From: an uncultured Verrucomicrobiota bacterium
Lineage (GTDB): Bacteria > Verrucomicrobiota > Kiritimatiellia > RFP12 > UBA3636
Assembly: GCA_949285835.1 (NCBI GenBank)
Contig: CASEAR010000041.1
Location: 53,618 to 117,617 of the forward strand
Direction of reading: 5' to 3'
Length of the DNA stretch: 64,000 nt
Shown here: positions 19,755-29,285 of the stretch, piece after piece
Position numbering within the stretch: the stretch's first letter is position 1
Layout of the letters: the number at the start of each line of letters is the position of its first letter
The notes under the pieces: model-generated
Told to the model about the DNA's origin: nothing
The model's database searches: none
What the model saw: the letters and a program-made list of their open reading frames with translations, nothing else
Program-made: the position numbers and the translations under genes

Positions 19755-21302
19755 ATGACTCCAAAAACAAGGATCGCGCTGAATATCTGCGCAACATATT
19801 CTCAGTCTCTAGTATCAGTCGGCCTGGGGCTTTTTACAAGCCGATGGGTTCTTCATGCGCTTGGTGAAACCGATTTTGGAATTTTCAGCCTGATCGGCGT
19901 CTTGATTACATTTGTCGTTTTGATCAGCAACGTCATGGGAACAAGTGTAACCCGACACCTTGCTTATGCGATCGGTCAATCTGAACATTTGCCATACATC
20001 AAACAAAAAAATTATATCTCTGAATGGTTTAATGTCGCCATATTTACGCACTTGTTTCTTGCCGGAATACTCTCCTTGACAGGGCTATTTATCGGACATT
20101 GGTACATTTACAACCACTTGAACATTCCTCCGGAAAAAATACCTGCGTGTATCTGGGCTTTTCGATTTGCTTTGGCAAGCGCGTTCGTGTCTATAGCTTG
20201 CTCCCCTTTTAATGCAATGTATACCGCAAGGCAATACATTTTCGTCCGCAACTTCTTTTATATTTTTTTGTCCGTTTTTTTGGCCATAGAAGCCTTCTTG
20301 CTTTCACTGTTCCAGTCAGACCGCCTTTTCTGGCACGCACTTATCGTCTCGTCCATCAACACTGCCGCTCCCATTGGACTGGGTTGTCTCGCCGTCCTAC
20401 AGTTTCCTGAATGCAGAATTCACATAACCAAAATATTTGACCGTTCTAAATTTTTTGAACTCTTTTCATTCGGAGCTTTTTCACTTTTCGGTCTCGTCGG
20501 GAATATGATGCGTAATCAGGGAGTGTCCATAACACTTAACAAAATCTCCGGCCCGACCGCAAATGCGGCTTTCGGCATAGCCAATCAGGTGTCACATACG
20601 ACAATGACTCTTTCAAACGGAATAACATCCGCAATACAGCCGGAAATCACGAGACTTATTGCCAACGGGAATCATGAAAACGCACAGTATCTCGCACTCC
20701 GGGCAAGTTTCTTTTCATGTGCTGCCATTTTGCTTATTTTCTTTCCTATTTGTCTGAATATTCATTTTTTACTGTCACTTTGGCTGGAATCCTACCCTGC
20801 ACTGTCCCCAGCATTCTGCGTAACTTTCTTATGTCTTTCTTTAATGGAAGCCACTACGGTAGGTCAGGGAATGCTGATAAACTCAAGCGGCAGAATTGCA
20901 TTTTACCAGACGTCATGCGGCATTGTCCTTATGACATCTGTTATGCTGGTGGTCGCGGCATCACGAGCAGGATTCTCAACAGCTTCTTCTGTTGCAATCG
21001 GAATTCTGGCAACGGATGTCATCGTCGCATCCGTGCGCCTGTTTATTGCACATAGACTTATGCTTTGCAATCCGATTTTATGGCTGCGTCAGGTTATAGT
21101 TCCCATGCTATTACTGTCCGTCTTTTCTTTTTTCATTGTATATGCCATCAAATCCATTTGCAAACCCAGCCTTTTTATCATCTTCATTGAATCTGCTTTA
21201 AATGCATTGGGGCTGATATGCTTTTCATTATTTTTCTTAACCTCAAAAGAACGGACGTTTATCAGAAGTCATATACAGGGTCTTATAAAATTTAGAAAAT
21301 AA
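19755..21302 (+). CDS. Polysaccharide biosynthesis protein / Wzx-type oligosaccharide flippase
   Basis: 515-aa polytopic membrane protein with a polysaccharide-export-type N-terminus (MTPKTRIALNICATYSQSLVSVGLGLF) and about 12-14 hydrophobic segments. Confidence 0.6.
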   Translation: MTPKTRIALNICATYSQSLVSVGLGLFTSRWVLHALGETDFGIFSLIGVLITFVVLISNVMGTSVTRHLAYAIGQSEHLPYIKQKNYISEWFNVAIFTHLFLAGILSLTGLFIGHWYIYNHLNIPPEKIPACIWAFRFALASAFVSIACSPFNAMYTARQYIFVRNFFYIFLSVFLAIEAFLLSLFQSDRLFWHALIVSSINTAAPIGLGCLAVLQFPECRIHITKIFDRSKFFELFSFGAFSLFGLVGNMMRNQGVSITLNKISGPTANAAFGIANQVSHTTMTLSNGITSAIQPEITRLIANGNHENAQYLALRASFFSCAAILLIFFPICLNIHFLLSLWLESYPALSPAFCVTFLCLSLMEATTVGQGMLINSSGRIAFYQTSCGIVLMTSVMLVVAASRAGFSTASSVAIGILATDVIVASVRLFIAHRLMLCNPILWLRQVIVPMLLLSVFSFFIVYAIKSICKPSLFIIFIESALNALGLICFSLFFLTSKERTFIRSHIQGLIKFRK

Positions 21303-21337
21303 CGAAGTCTATTTGGGGTCTGCTGAACTGGAAGGGA

Positions 21338-22690
21338 TCATGCTGCATTTTGCCAAAACGGCAGGATGAGCGGTTCCAGCGCTATGAAAAATAGCGGCCG
21401 GAATCGGAAGGGCAAAAAAGTTTCAGTGTTCCACCTCCATCGGATCAAGTTCGCCGCAAGGAATGTCATGGCGATAGCAGTTTCAGAACAATCTCTGCGC
21501 CAAGCCATAACCCGTCCCTGCCCAAAGCGTCGTTTACACTGCCCAAATTTTCCCTCAATGGCATTGCGAGCAGAATTGTCGGTGAGCTGCTGCTTGAGAA
21601 TTTCCGGATTCACGATTTTTGCAGGCCGCCCGAAACGCGGCCCGGAAAGCCTGATCCCATGTTCTGCGCAATATCGCAGATTTTCTCTGGTGCGCAACAA
21701 CTTGTCTGCCGGAACAGCTTCCGGATAATGCCCCGTTCGGGCACTATAGCGTTCACAAATCATTTGCAGATCGCAGCCTTCATTGTATGCGTCCCATGAC
21801 AGTCGTCTATTCTTGCATACCCATTATCCAAACTGGCGGTTAGTTTTGCTCCGAATTCGGTTTCATGTCCGGCCTTGCCGCGCACGATCGGACGAACATG
21901 CGGCTGATGCAAACTGACAATTCGCTCATCAATGCGCCTCGAATGAGTCTCCAGCATAGTTCACTGTTGCTCGTAAACGGTTCGGATCACGATCAGCTGT
22001 TCTGAAATGATTTGCAGGATATCCCCGCAACGATCACGCAGCTTTGCTATGAACCCCAGATTCCGGCGGATGGCGTTGAGCAGAAAATGCAAAGCTACGC
22101 GACGTTTTGATACGCTTCACTTCGGATGTTTGATGTTCTCGTGATAACGCTTGCGGCAGATTTCCCGTTTCGTCCGGGCCGGGGATCCCTGTCGCCGCAT
22201 TGTTCACGCAATTTGTCGATAACTGCCTCTGTGAGTTCCTGCGCTTCGTGACCAGATTCAAATCCGTCGGATACTTGATGTCTGCCGGCGCACAAGTCGC
22301 ATCCATCAGAATTGTTCCGGAATTTTCTGCCTCACCTGCACTTGCATTCTCTGGCGGGACACCGCCTCTGTCCCTAGGAGGGTTCTCTTCCGGACTGTTG
22401 GATTTTTTCGACAACTCGATTATCTTGTCATTCAACGACATCACAACTTCTCTGGGCAGGCGTTTGCGAAAATGCGTCAGCAGCGCGGCGCTGAACGGGG
22501 CCTTCGTCTGGAAGCTCTTGAAGCCGAGAAAATATTGAAGATACGGATTTTCAATCACGCTTTCCACTGCTTCACGATCGCTCAGACCAAGTATTTCCTT
22601 GATCAGCAAGGCGCCAAGTGCAATACGCACATTCAAAGCAACATCGCCTCGTCCATGGCTTTTGAAGTGTCTGGCATATTCTGCCTCCAT
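21338..22690 (-). mobile_element. Degraded IS5/IS1182-type transposase gene, split into three minus-strand ORFs
   Basis: N-terminal DUF772-like LLIKEILGLSDREAVESVIENPYLQYFLGF. DDE region LMDATCAPADIKYPTD. C-terminal NAIEGKFGQCKRRFGQGRVMA...AANLIRW. The three ORFs (22034-22690, 21760-21957, 21338-21763) together span about 450 codons. Confidence 0.65.
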
Positions 22691-23029
22691 CTCTTCCTAG
22701 GGAACAAGACCGGCCATTTTTACCCAGCGGTTTTCCGGATTCAGACGTCCTGAAAAATACAGACCAATCTCCGGTAATTCCTGATTCCGGCACGTTTTTC
22801 GAAACATCTCTCTTTCCTTACTGCCCTTTTTCAGGAATATGATACTGCATAATCAGATCTTTTCTGCCGCATTCAGCAGACCATAGCTATACAAAAAAAT
22901 GACATCAGGAAGAGCCATGCTACGTACAAAGTTCACATGAGACACAGCGAGACTCACCAATTTTAGATCGCGCAGAGATGGCATTACCCCAAACACGCAG
23001 AATACATGGAACTGGAATAAGAAAAACGC

Positions 23030-24112
23030 TCACTTAGTTTCTTCGAAAAATTCTCGTAAATGACCGTAATAATCTCTTTTGAAAATTTGAGGAAGAGACG
23101 GCATCCGTTCAGAATCAGAAAGGATTTTCTGGACCATCCCTTTTGCTTCTCCCAAATTCTTTGCGTAATAAACGTACTTGGAAAAAGATTCCGGATACCA
23201 TTTGACGCCGCTCGACAACTTATGATCTATAGAATCTATCACAACAACCGGTGTGCCCGCCGACAGCGCAAAGATTGTACCATGATACCTATCAGTCAAT
23301 ACAACCTTGAATGACGACATAGATGAGATAAAAGAATCTATTAAGGACCGTCTGTTCCTGCACATTTCTTCTGCAGACACGTTAACGTTTGTATCAGCTT
23401 GCTCAACACGAATTCCGTCAAAATTACGCATTAAGTCCGCTATTTCTTCCTTGGAATATTTTGCCTCTCCATCGTTTCGTAAACAAAACAAAATTCCGTC
23501 TCTTGGTTTATCTGCGTAAGACTTTTCCCCAATCTTTGTCGTGACAATATCCGGAAACGGACGCAGCCGGCAAGACTTAAAAGAGCGTTTCGCTTTCTCA
23601 TACGAGACAAAATCACGACACAGCATCGTAACACGGCCGTGTCGGTTAAGAACACTCGAACAACTCATTTCAATCCAAGGATTAAGGAAATTCACTGTTA
23701 CCGGCATAATCAAAATAGGAGTTCGCTCGCAATAATATGCAGCGCGTGCAAAAATCAACCAACAAGCACTGTGATCTATAAAGTGATAGCCGCTGTTCCC
23801 TATAATGATGTCTCCGCGTCTTTGCGAAAAACGCATTACGTTAAAAAGAAGACCTGCCATAAGCGATCTAGTGACGAAACCATGGACTTGCGCGACACAA
23901 GTAGACGCAGTATTCACGGGAATAAGAATGAGCCTATGTCTGGGATAATTCTCTTTTATCCATTCTGCGATGCACAATAGCTGCGCATTATCTCCCAAGT
24001 TCGTGTTATCTGTAGCCCCTAGAAAATAGGCCTTGGGACGAACGGAAAATAGTATTCGGAAAATCACCGAAAAATAATTGCACAGGGCACCGCATATACG
24101 CCTCAATCGCAT
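23030..24112 (-). CDS. Polysaccharide pyruvyl transferase family protein (CsaB/WcaK-like)
   Basis: YFLGATDNTNLGDNAQL is the N-terminal G..N.GD motif. 360 aa. Confidence 0.5.
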   Translation of the reverse strand: MRLRRICGALCNYFSVIFRILFSVRPKAYFLGATDNTNLGDNAQLLCIAEWIKENYPRHRLILIPVNTASTCVAQVHGFVTRSLMAGLLFNVMRFSQRRGDIIIGNSGYHFIDHSACWLIFARAAYYCERTPILIMPVTVNFLNPWIEMSCSSVLNRHGRVTMLCRDFVSYEKAKRSFKSCRLRPFPDIVTTKIGEKSYADKPRDGILFCLRNDGEAKYSKEEIADLMRNFDGIRVEQADTNVNVSAEEMCRNRRSLIDSFISSMSSFKVVLTDRYHGTIFALSAGTPVVVIDSIDHKLSSGVKWYPESFSKYVYYAKNLGEAKGMVQKILSDSERMPSLPQIFKRDYYGHLREFFEETK

Positions 24113-24134
24113 TTTTTCTCCTTGCGTTCATTCA

Positions 24135-25571
24135 TTACGTACGCCTAATTTGTACTTCATCAGTTCCTTTGGACAACACAAGCACAAATGCAAAATCTGT
24201 CCACCGCAAAAGAGGAGTCAACGCACTATGACCAAAAGCAAAGACCAAGTCGTAAAAGAGATACAGCGAATAGTACAAAAACAATGTCCACTTATATCCT
24301 GAGCATGGAATCTTTGACCTGACTTTTATCACGTAACATACAGCTGAAATCGAAAAGAAATACCAGAAAAGCGTCGCTGGGATACCAAAATCCGCAGCCA
24401 TACCGTATCCTTTATTGTGCCAATTTCCGACAACTTCATGCCCTGAATACGAATTATCTCCTCTCGCCTCTGAATTAATCCAAACGATTTCACTACGATC
24501 AATTGTATATCCGCGATGTCCAAACCACGGATTCTCTTTGATGACCTCTTTGGCACGCCGGTGCATGTCCTCCCGAAAAAGATCCTTGAATCCGTAATTT
24601 TCCAACGAAGAATCCCATTCCCCAGGCAAAAAACTCAGAGACCTCTGCACTGAGAACGGGAGCTCATATAAATGTCCATGTCCCATTACGAGAACCGTGA
24701 GAAAAAACGCCCCGCAAATGCCCAGTGCCATCAAGAGCATACGTTCTTTACGCCGCATAAACGTCAGAAGGAACGGAGCCAGGAAAACCTGTCCAACAGA
24801 AGTTCGCTTCCCGGAATATACCACAGCACCCGCAAGAAAGGACGCCACGAAGAAACGCCAAGACAAGGATACCATTTGTGACAACGAATACCTGCTGAGG
24901 AGTAGGAGAAGCAACGGTGCCGCGGTAGTTAGGAAATAGCGTACTTTCGATTCACCTGAGTCTACCTCCATAAATCCTGTCAGACTTATAAGAAACTGGA
25001 CAAAAAGCGCCACTATGAGTCCATAAAACCATATTTTTGCATCTTTCTCTGAAATTCGAAGTTTCGAGAAAAATAAAAGAGTAAAAAAACCAAGCGCAAT
25101 CTGAAAATAAAACCTCCCGCCTATAGTCTCACTTCCAAATATTGCAAACCCACTTGGATTGAAACAGAAGATAAGCAACACCCATACAAAATACGGCGCA
25201 GCAAATAACACCTCCCGAACAAAACCACGGCCGGATTCACGCTGCAGAGCAGACCTCAGAAAAAACATACTCAGGAAAAACAATCTGCCCAGTTCTCCAG
25301 AATTGAACGGAAGCCCGGGAATAGAGACAGGCAAAAAGGTCAAGAGCGGACAAAAAATCCAATAATACTTGTCCACAGCAAGTATTATAGCGATGGCAAT
25401 AGTCCCAACGGCCAAAAAACTAACATTCGTCGATGCACCGAATACCATGGCCCTGACAGCCAGAATTGCCGCAAAAAAAAGCAGTCCGCCAAATACAATC
25501 TGATGAATTTTAACAGAATTAAGATCAATTCCTGAACCACGCATGTACCCCTCCCATCGGACTATACGCAA
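24135..25571 (-). CDS. Polytopic membrane protein, O-antigen polymerase/ligase (Wzy)-like
   Basis: About 12 TM segments and a large loop. It sits in the glycan cluster next to the flippase and transferases. Start codon uncertain. Confidence 0.45.
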   Translation of the reverse strand: MRIVRWEGYMRGSGIDLNSVKIHQIVFGGLLFFAAILAVRAMVFGASTNVSFLAVGTIAIAIILAVDKYYWIFCPLLTFLPVSIPGLPFNSGELGRLFFLSMFFLRSALQRESGRGFVREVLFAAPYFVWVLLIFCFNPSGFAIFGSETIGGRFYFQIALGFFTLLFFSKLRISEKDAKIWFYGLIVALFVQFLISLTGFMEVDSGESKVRYFLTTAAPLLLLLLSRYSLSQMVSLSWRFFVASFLAGAVVYSGKRTSVGQVFLAPFLLTFMRRKERMLLMALGICGAFFLTVLVMGHGHLYELPFSVQRSLSFLPGEWDSSLENYGFKDLFREDMHRRAKEVIKENPWFGHRGYTIDRSEIVWINSEARGDNSYSGHEVVGNWHNKGYGMAADFGIPATLFWYFFSISAVCYVIKVRSKIPCSGYKWTLFLYYSLYLFYDLVFAFGHSALTPLLRWTDFAFVLVLSKGTDEVQIRRT

Positions 25572-26255
25572 CTGCGGTTAGATAAAACGTACGTATAATC
25601 TGTCGGATCTGTCGCCCCAAATCTGCAATCTGCGTAAACACGACTCTTTCCTCCGGGCGCCTCCGCTGCCGTACAAACAGGAAAGAACCCCGGACACCTG
25701 CGGCAGCAAATACATCTCTATAACTCAATGTTACTATAGCTACACTTCGATCAAGCGTCATAAACGAAACCAATCCAAGTTTTGACATGCGGCCCAAACC
25801 TAACCCGACAACTCCTTTTTTCCAGAAATTTAGTCTTCAGAAAAGAGGGACGTCAACAGTGCAATAGACAAAACCAAATGCCCATGGTCTGCAAATCTGC
25901 ACCTCCCGATAAACAAAACTGTACCTCACGCATTTTACGACACAGCATTTCTCGCTGGGACACGGAATTTCGGAACATCAAACAATATGCGCGTCCAAGA
26001 CACGAAGATAGTTTCTTACTGCCGGTTTTACAACACTGAGGAAGCTCCGCATTCCTCAAAATACCACACCCCTCCGAGGAGCGCCCATTATATACGAAAT
26101 CAAATCCATTTTGCAATGGTTCGCATCCCGACGCGCGCTTTCCGCTGCAGGGGACTGCAAGCAGCGTGCGCCGTTCCGAAACGAGGTCTGCCGCAAGAGG
26201 CAGTTATCCGCGCTGATTTCCTTCCGCAGGGGACTGCCGGAGCCGTTGTCCGGGT

Positions 26256-29200
26256 TTATTCCGACATCTTCCGAAGAGCGGGAAATGCTCCGGTGTTTTT
26301 TGCCTCTCCCAATCCTTCCGCTATGCGCACGAAACACTTGCGAAAATAGCCGTCGTTGTCGTTGACGATCATGTTGAATAAAAAACCTCCCTCAAGCACC
26401 TCCTTATCCAACCCGAAAGCACTGCACGGCAGCGAAATGTCGTACACCATGCCGCAATCAGTCTTTTCAGCTGCCGCAGAAAAACCGTCCGCAGGCACTT
26501 GGAAACCGTCAGGAGAGGCCCAGACGTACTGAAGTATTTCTCCGGAATCATTCAGTGCGGCGCCTATTTCAAACGGTTTTTCGTCGCAAAACCGTTTGAC
26601 GGCGATTTGTACGCTGTCTCCGCGCCACATATACTGAGGTGTCTCATTCTGACAGTGCCGGTCGTCGCGGACTTCGGCGCGTATTCTGAGAGAACCGCCC
26701 TCCTCCGTCCATACCCATATCTTTGCGCTCAAGTCGTTCCCGTCCCGCCATCCATGCCCGGCCAGATTCGGATCCGCCAGACAGAAATCATGGACGCTGC
26801 CGGAAGCGTCGAGGATCCAGTCCGGAGGCCGTTGTTCCGGAGATATTTCCGTAACCGGCACAACGACGGGGATGTTTTTGCGCAAAACGCCGGAAAGCGG
26901 AAAATCTAAAGAATCAAACCGAAGTTTCATCGAATACCGCGGCGAACCCGCGTCCGGAGGCGAAAATTCCACATCGGCGAATTTCTTTTCCCCGGACTTA
27001 AGGCCGATGGAGAGAACATCCTCCTTTCCGTCTTTCCCTGCATATATCAAACGCAGAGTCAAATCGTCCGGAGTCGGATTGAAGCATCTCAGGCGGGCAG
27101 GAACCGGAGCGCCGCAAACCGCGGTATCTGGAGCCTCCAGCTTTAGTATTTCCGCCGGCGGATCCGGCAAACGGACGCCGTGGCCCAAATTCCAGAAAAC
27201 CGGTTCATCCTCCGCCTTCAGCTGCACGAACCCCCTGCTGACTCCGGCTTTTGATGAGGCACCCGTTATCTCCGTCTTCACAACGCACGGCAGGTCATGA
27301 ACCCGCAGAAGCCAGACAGACTCCGCATTCGCGGGGTTTTCGTTCCAGACTGCCGCAATACGCCCCCGGGGCGTATTTATCACAGGAGCAAAGATGTCCC
27401 TCCCCATATCCAGCACCCCCATCTTCATGCCTCCGTTCAGTTGTCTCACGCATTCCATGAAGGCAACAAACACCGCCTTGGGGGAGAAATCCCGGTTGAG
27501 CAGTCCGTAATTGTGCTCCATATTCATAGGATCGTCTCCGTCGTTGCGCAGATCGTACCACGTGTACCCCACCGCTCCCTCAGACATCGCGAAGACGAGT
27601 TTCTTTACGAGTACCGAAGCCTGCTGCATTTCTCCGATGTATGAGGAACTTACAGCCGTTTCGTTAAAGTAGAGCGGTCTGGGATTTTTCATTTTGCTCC
27701 GTATGCGGCGCAATTCGCCGGTCACGGCGTTGTGGAATTCTCCGAAAAGTCCGTGCTGGTGAAATGCGTGTATGTCAAAAGCGTCAGACGCTTCAGCAAG
27801 CACCCGTTCCTGCAAATCCGGATTGGCCGCCCTGCCTGCGTGTTCAAGGACAGTCGCAAAACCTCCCGTCATAAGCGCCGCCTCCGGATCGGTCTGCCGG
27901 ATTTCTTCCGATGCGGCCCGCAGCATCGCTATGTACTGCCCGGTATCTCCTTTCCAGAAGCCCAGATCCGGTTCATTCCATACTTCGTAGAACCTTATTT
28001 TACCACGATATCTTGATGTAATCATACGGACATATCTGCGCCACGGTTCCTCCTCCGGAGGGCTGAACAGGCATATTTTCCACGGATCAGGCTCTTTGTT
28101 TCTGTACGCCTCCTCCTGTCTCTGCCGGATCTGCGGATACGCCGCATGCACAGGACAGAATCCGAGAATAGCCTGCAGCTCCAGCCCGTGCTCCCGTGCG
28201 GCGGCGACCAGTTCGTCCTGAAGATCCCAGCGCCACTGCCCCGGGGAGGGTTCCAGATCCGTCCAATATGCCCCCGCCCGCAAGACCGAAGCTCCGGCCG
28301 CAGCCGCCGCTGCTATTTCGTTTGTTCTGTCCGGCGGCGAATAGCGCTCCGTGTGGCTGCATATGCCGAAAAGAAACCCGTCACGCGCGCTTCCCCTTTC
28401 AACAGGATCGCACACGGCAAATGAAGTATCGGCCCGAAAGCGCACCCCATTCATTTCGACGCCGCACTTCATGCGGCGGAGTCCCGGAGTCCTGTCGGCA
28501 AGAGCTATCGGGATCACGCCGCTCCCGAACGGAGGAATCACCGCTTCGGACGAAAACCCCAACGTCTTTCCCCGGGAATCGGTTATGCTTCCGGACGCGG
28601 CGGCGCGGACGGTCTCAGCACAAGGATTTGTCACCGACAGCCCAAACCTGTAGTCTCCTGATGCGTTTACCAGATTAGGAAATCTGTCCGAGACCAGCCC
28701 CGCAACAGACGGCACCTTGGCGATTCTGACGTTCGATATCTTTACGCATCCGGCCGGAACGCGGCTGTTCGAAAAGACAAATGCATACCCCCCGAGACGC
28801 AGCGGGAAACGGACGTAGCCGTCATTGTCGCCGCCCCAGTGACCATCCGAAGCCTTGGCGTCAATTGGGAAAAACACCGTGACACGGCCGTTTTCCCCGC
28901 ATGGAGGAACTTCTGCCTGCCACTGAAACATCTCGTGCCCCGCATCGATCATGCGGACGGCCGCCCGCGCGATGCCATTTGACGGCGAGACGCACAGATC
29001 CATTGCGACGGCATACGGAGCGGGGATGCTTCCTCCGGGAATTTCCGGCGGCCTGCGGTACGCGCATTCCGTCCACGCTCCATGATCGTCCGTCCAAGAC
29101 ACCATCAGACTGGCGGCGCCGGAATCTTCCAATATTTTCACCTCCGCTCCGCGCGCCGGAATCATGTCAGGATCCGTACGCCTGAAGTCGTCAAGAACAA

Positions 29201-29273
29201 TACCGGAGAAGCAAACCGGCTGAAAACAGAAAAAAGTGAAACACAATGCAGGAATTGCGCGCACAGCCGTCAT
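26256..29273 (-). CDS. Secreted clan GH-A TIM-barrel glycoside hydrolase (GH42/GH35/GH5-like) with a C-terminal CBM9-like carbohydrate-binding module
   Basis: Signal-peptide-like N-terminus. AGAYWTDLEPSPGQWRWDLQDELVAAAREHGLELQAIL and YEVWNEPDLGFW (acid/base NEP motif). The C-terminal DDRHCQNETPQYMWRGDSVQIA...FNMIVNDNDGYF is CBM9-like. Confidence 0.55.
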   Translation of the reverse strand: MTAVRAIPALCFTFFCFQPVCFSGIVLDDFRRTDPDMIPARGAEVKILEDSGAASLMVSWTDDHGAWTECAYRRPPEIPGGSIPAPYAVAMDLCVSPSNGIARAAVRMIDAGHEMFQWQAEVPPCGENGRVTVFFPIDAKASDGHWGGDNDGYVRFPLRLGGYAFVFSNSRVPAGCVKISNVRIAKVPSVAGLVSDRFPNLVNASGDYRFGLSVTNPCAETVRAAASGSITDSRGKTLGFSSEAVIPPFGSGVIPIALADRTPGLRRMKCGVEMNGVRFRADTSFAVCDPVERGSARDGFLFGICSHTERYSPPDRTNEIAAAAAAGASVLRAGAYWTDLEPSPGQWRWDLQDELVAAAREHGLELQAILGFCPVHAAYPQIRQRQEEAYRNKEPDPWKICLFSPPEEEPWRRYVRMITSRYRGKIRFYEVWNEPDLGFWKGDTGQYIAMLRAASEEIRQTDPEAALMTGGFATVLEHAGRAANPDLQERVLAEASDAFDIHAFHQHGLFGEFHNAVTGELRRIRSKMKNPRPLYFNETAVSSSYIGEMQQASVLVKKLVFAMSEGAVGYTWYDLRNDGDDPMNMEHNYGLLNRDFSPKAVFVAFMECVRQLNGGMKMGVLDMGRDIFAPVINTPRGRIAAVWNENPANAESVWLLRVHDLPCVVKTEITGASSKAGVSRGFVQLKAEDEPVFWNLGHGVRLPDPPAEILKLEAPDTAVCGAPVPARLRCFNPTPDDLTLRLIYAGKDGKEDVLSIGLKSGEKKFADVEFSPPDAGSPRYSMKLRFDSLDFPLSGVLRKNIPVVVPVTEISPEQRPPDWILDASGSVHDFCLADPNLAGHGWRDGNDLSAKIWVWTEEGGSLRIRAEVRDDRHCQNETPQYMWRGDSVQIAVKRFCDEKPFEIGAALNDSGEILQYVWASPDGFQVPADGFSAAAEKTDCGMVYDISLPCSAFGLDKEVLEGGFLFNMIVNDNDGYFRKCFVRIAEGLGEAKNTGAFPALRKMSE

Positions 29274-29285
29274 ATCTGCACCTCC

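Noticed and set aside
25525-25797. 90-aa minus-strand ORF at the start of the Wzy-like gene region; possible sugar-transferase remnant
   Set aside because: No recognisable transferase motif. It overlaps the probable promoter region and the composition junction. Treated as non-coding.
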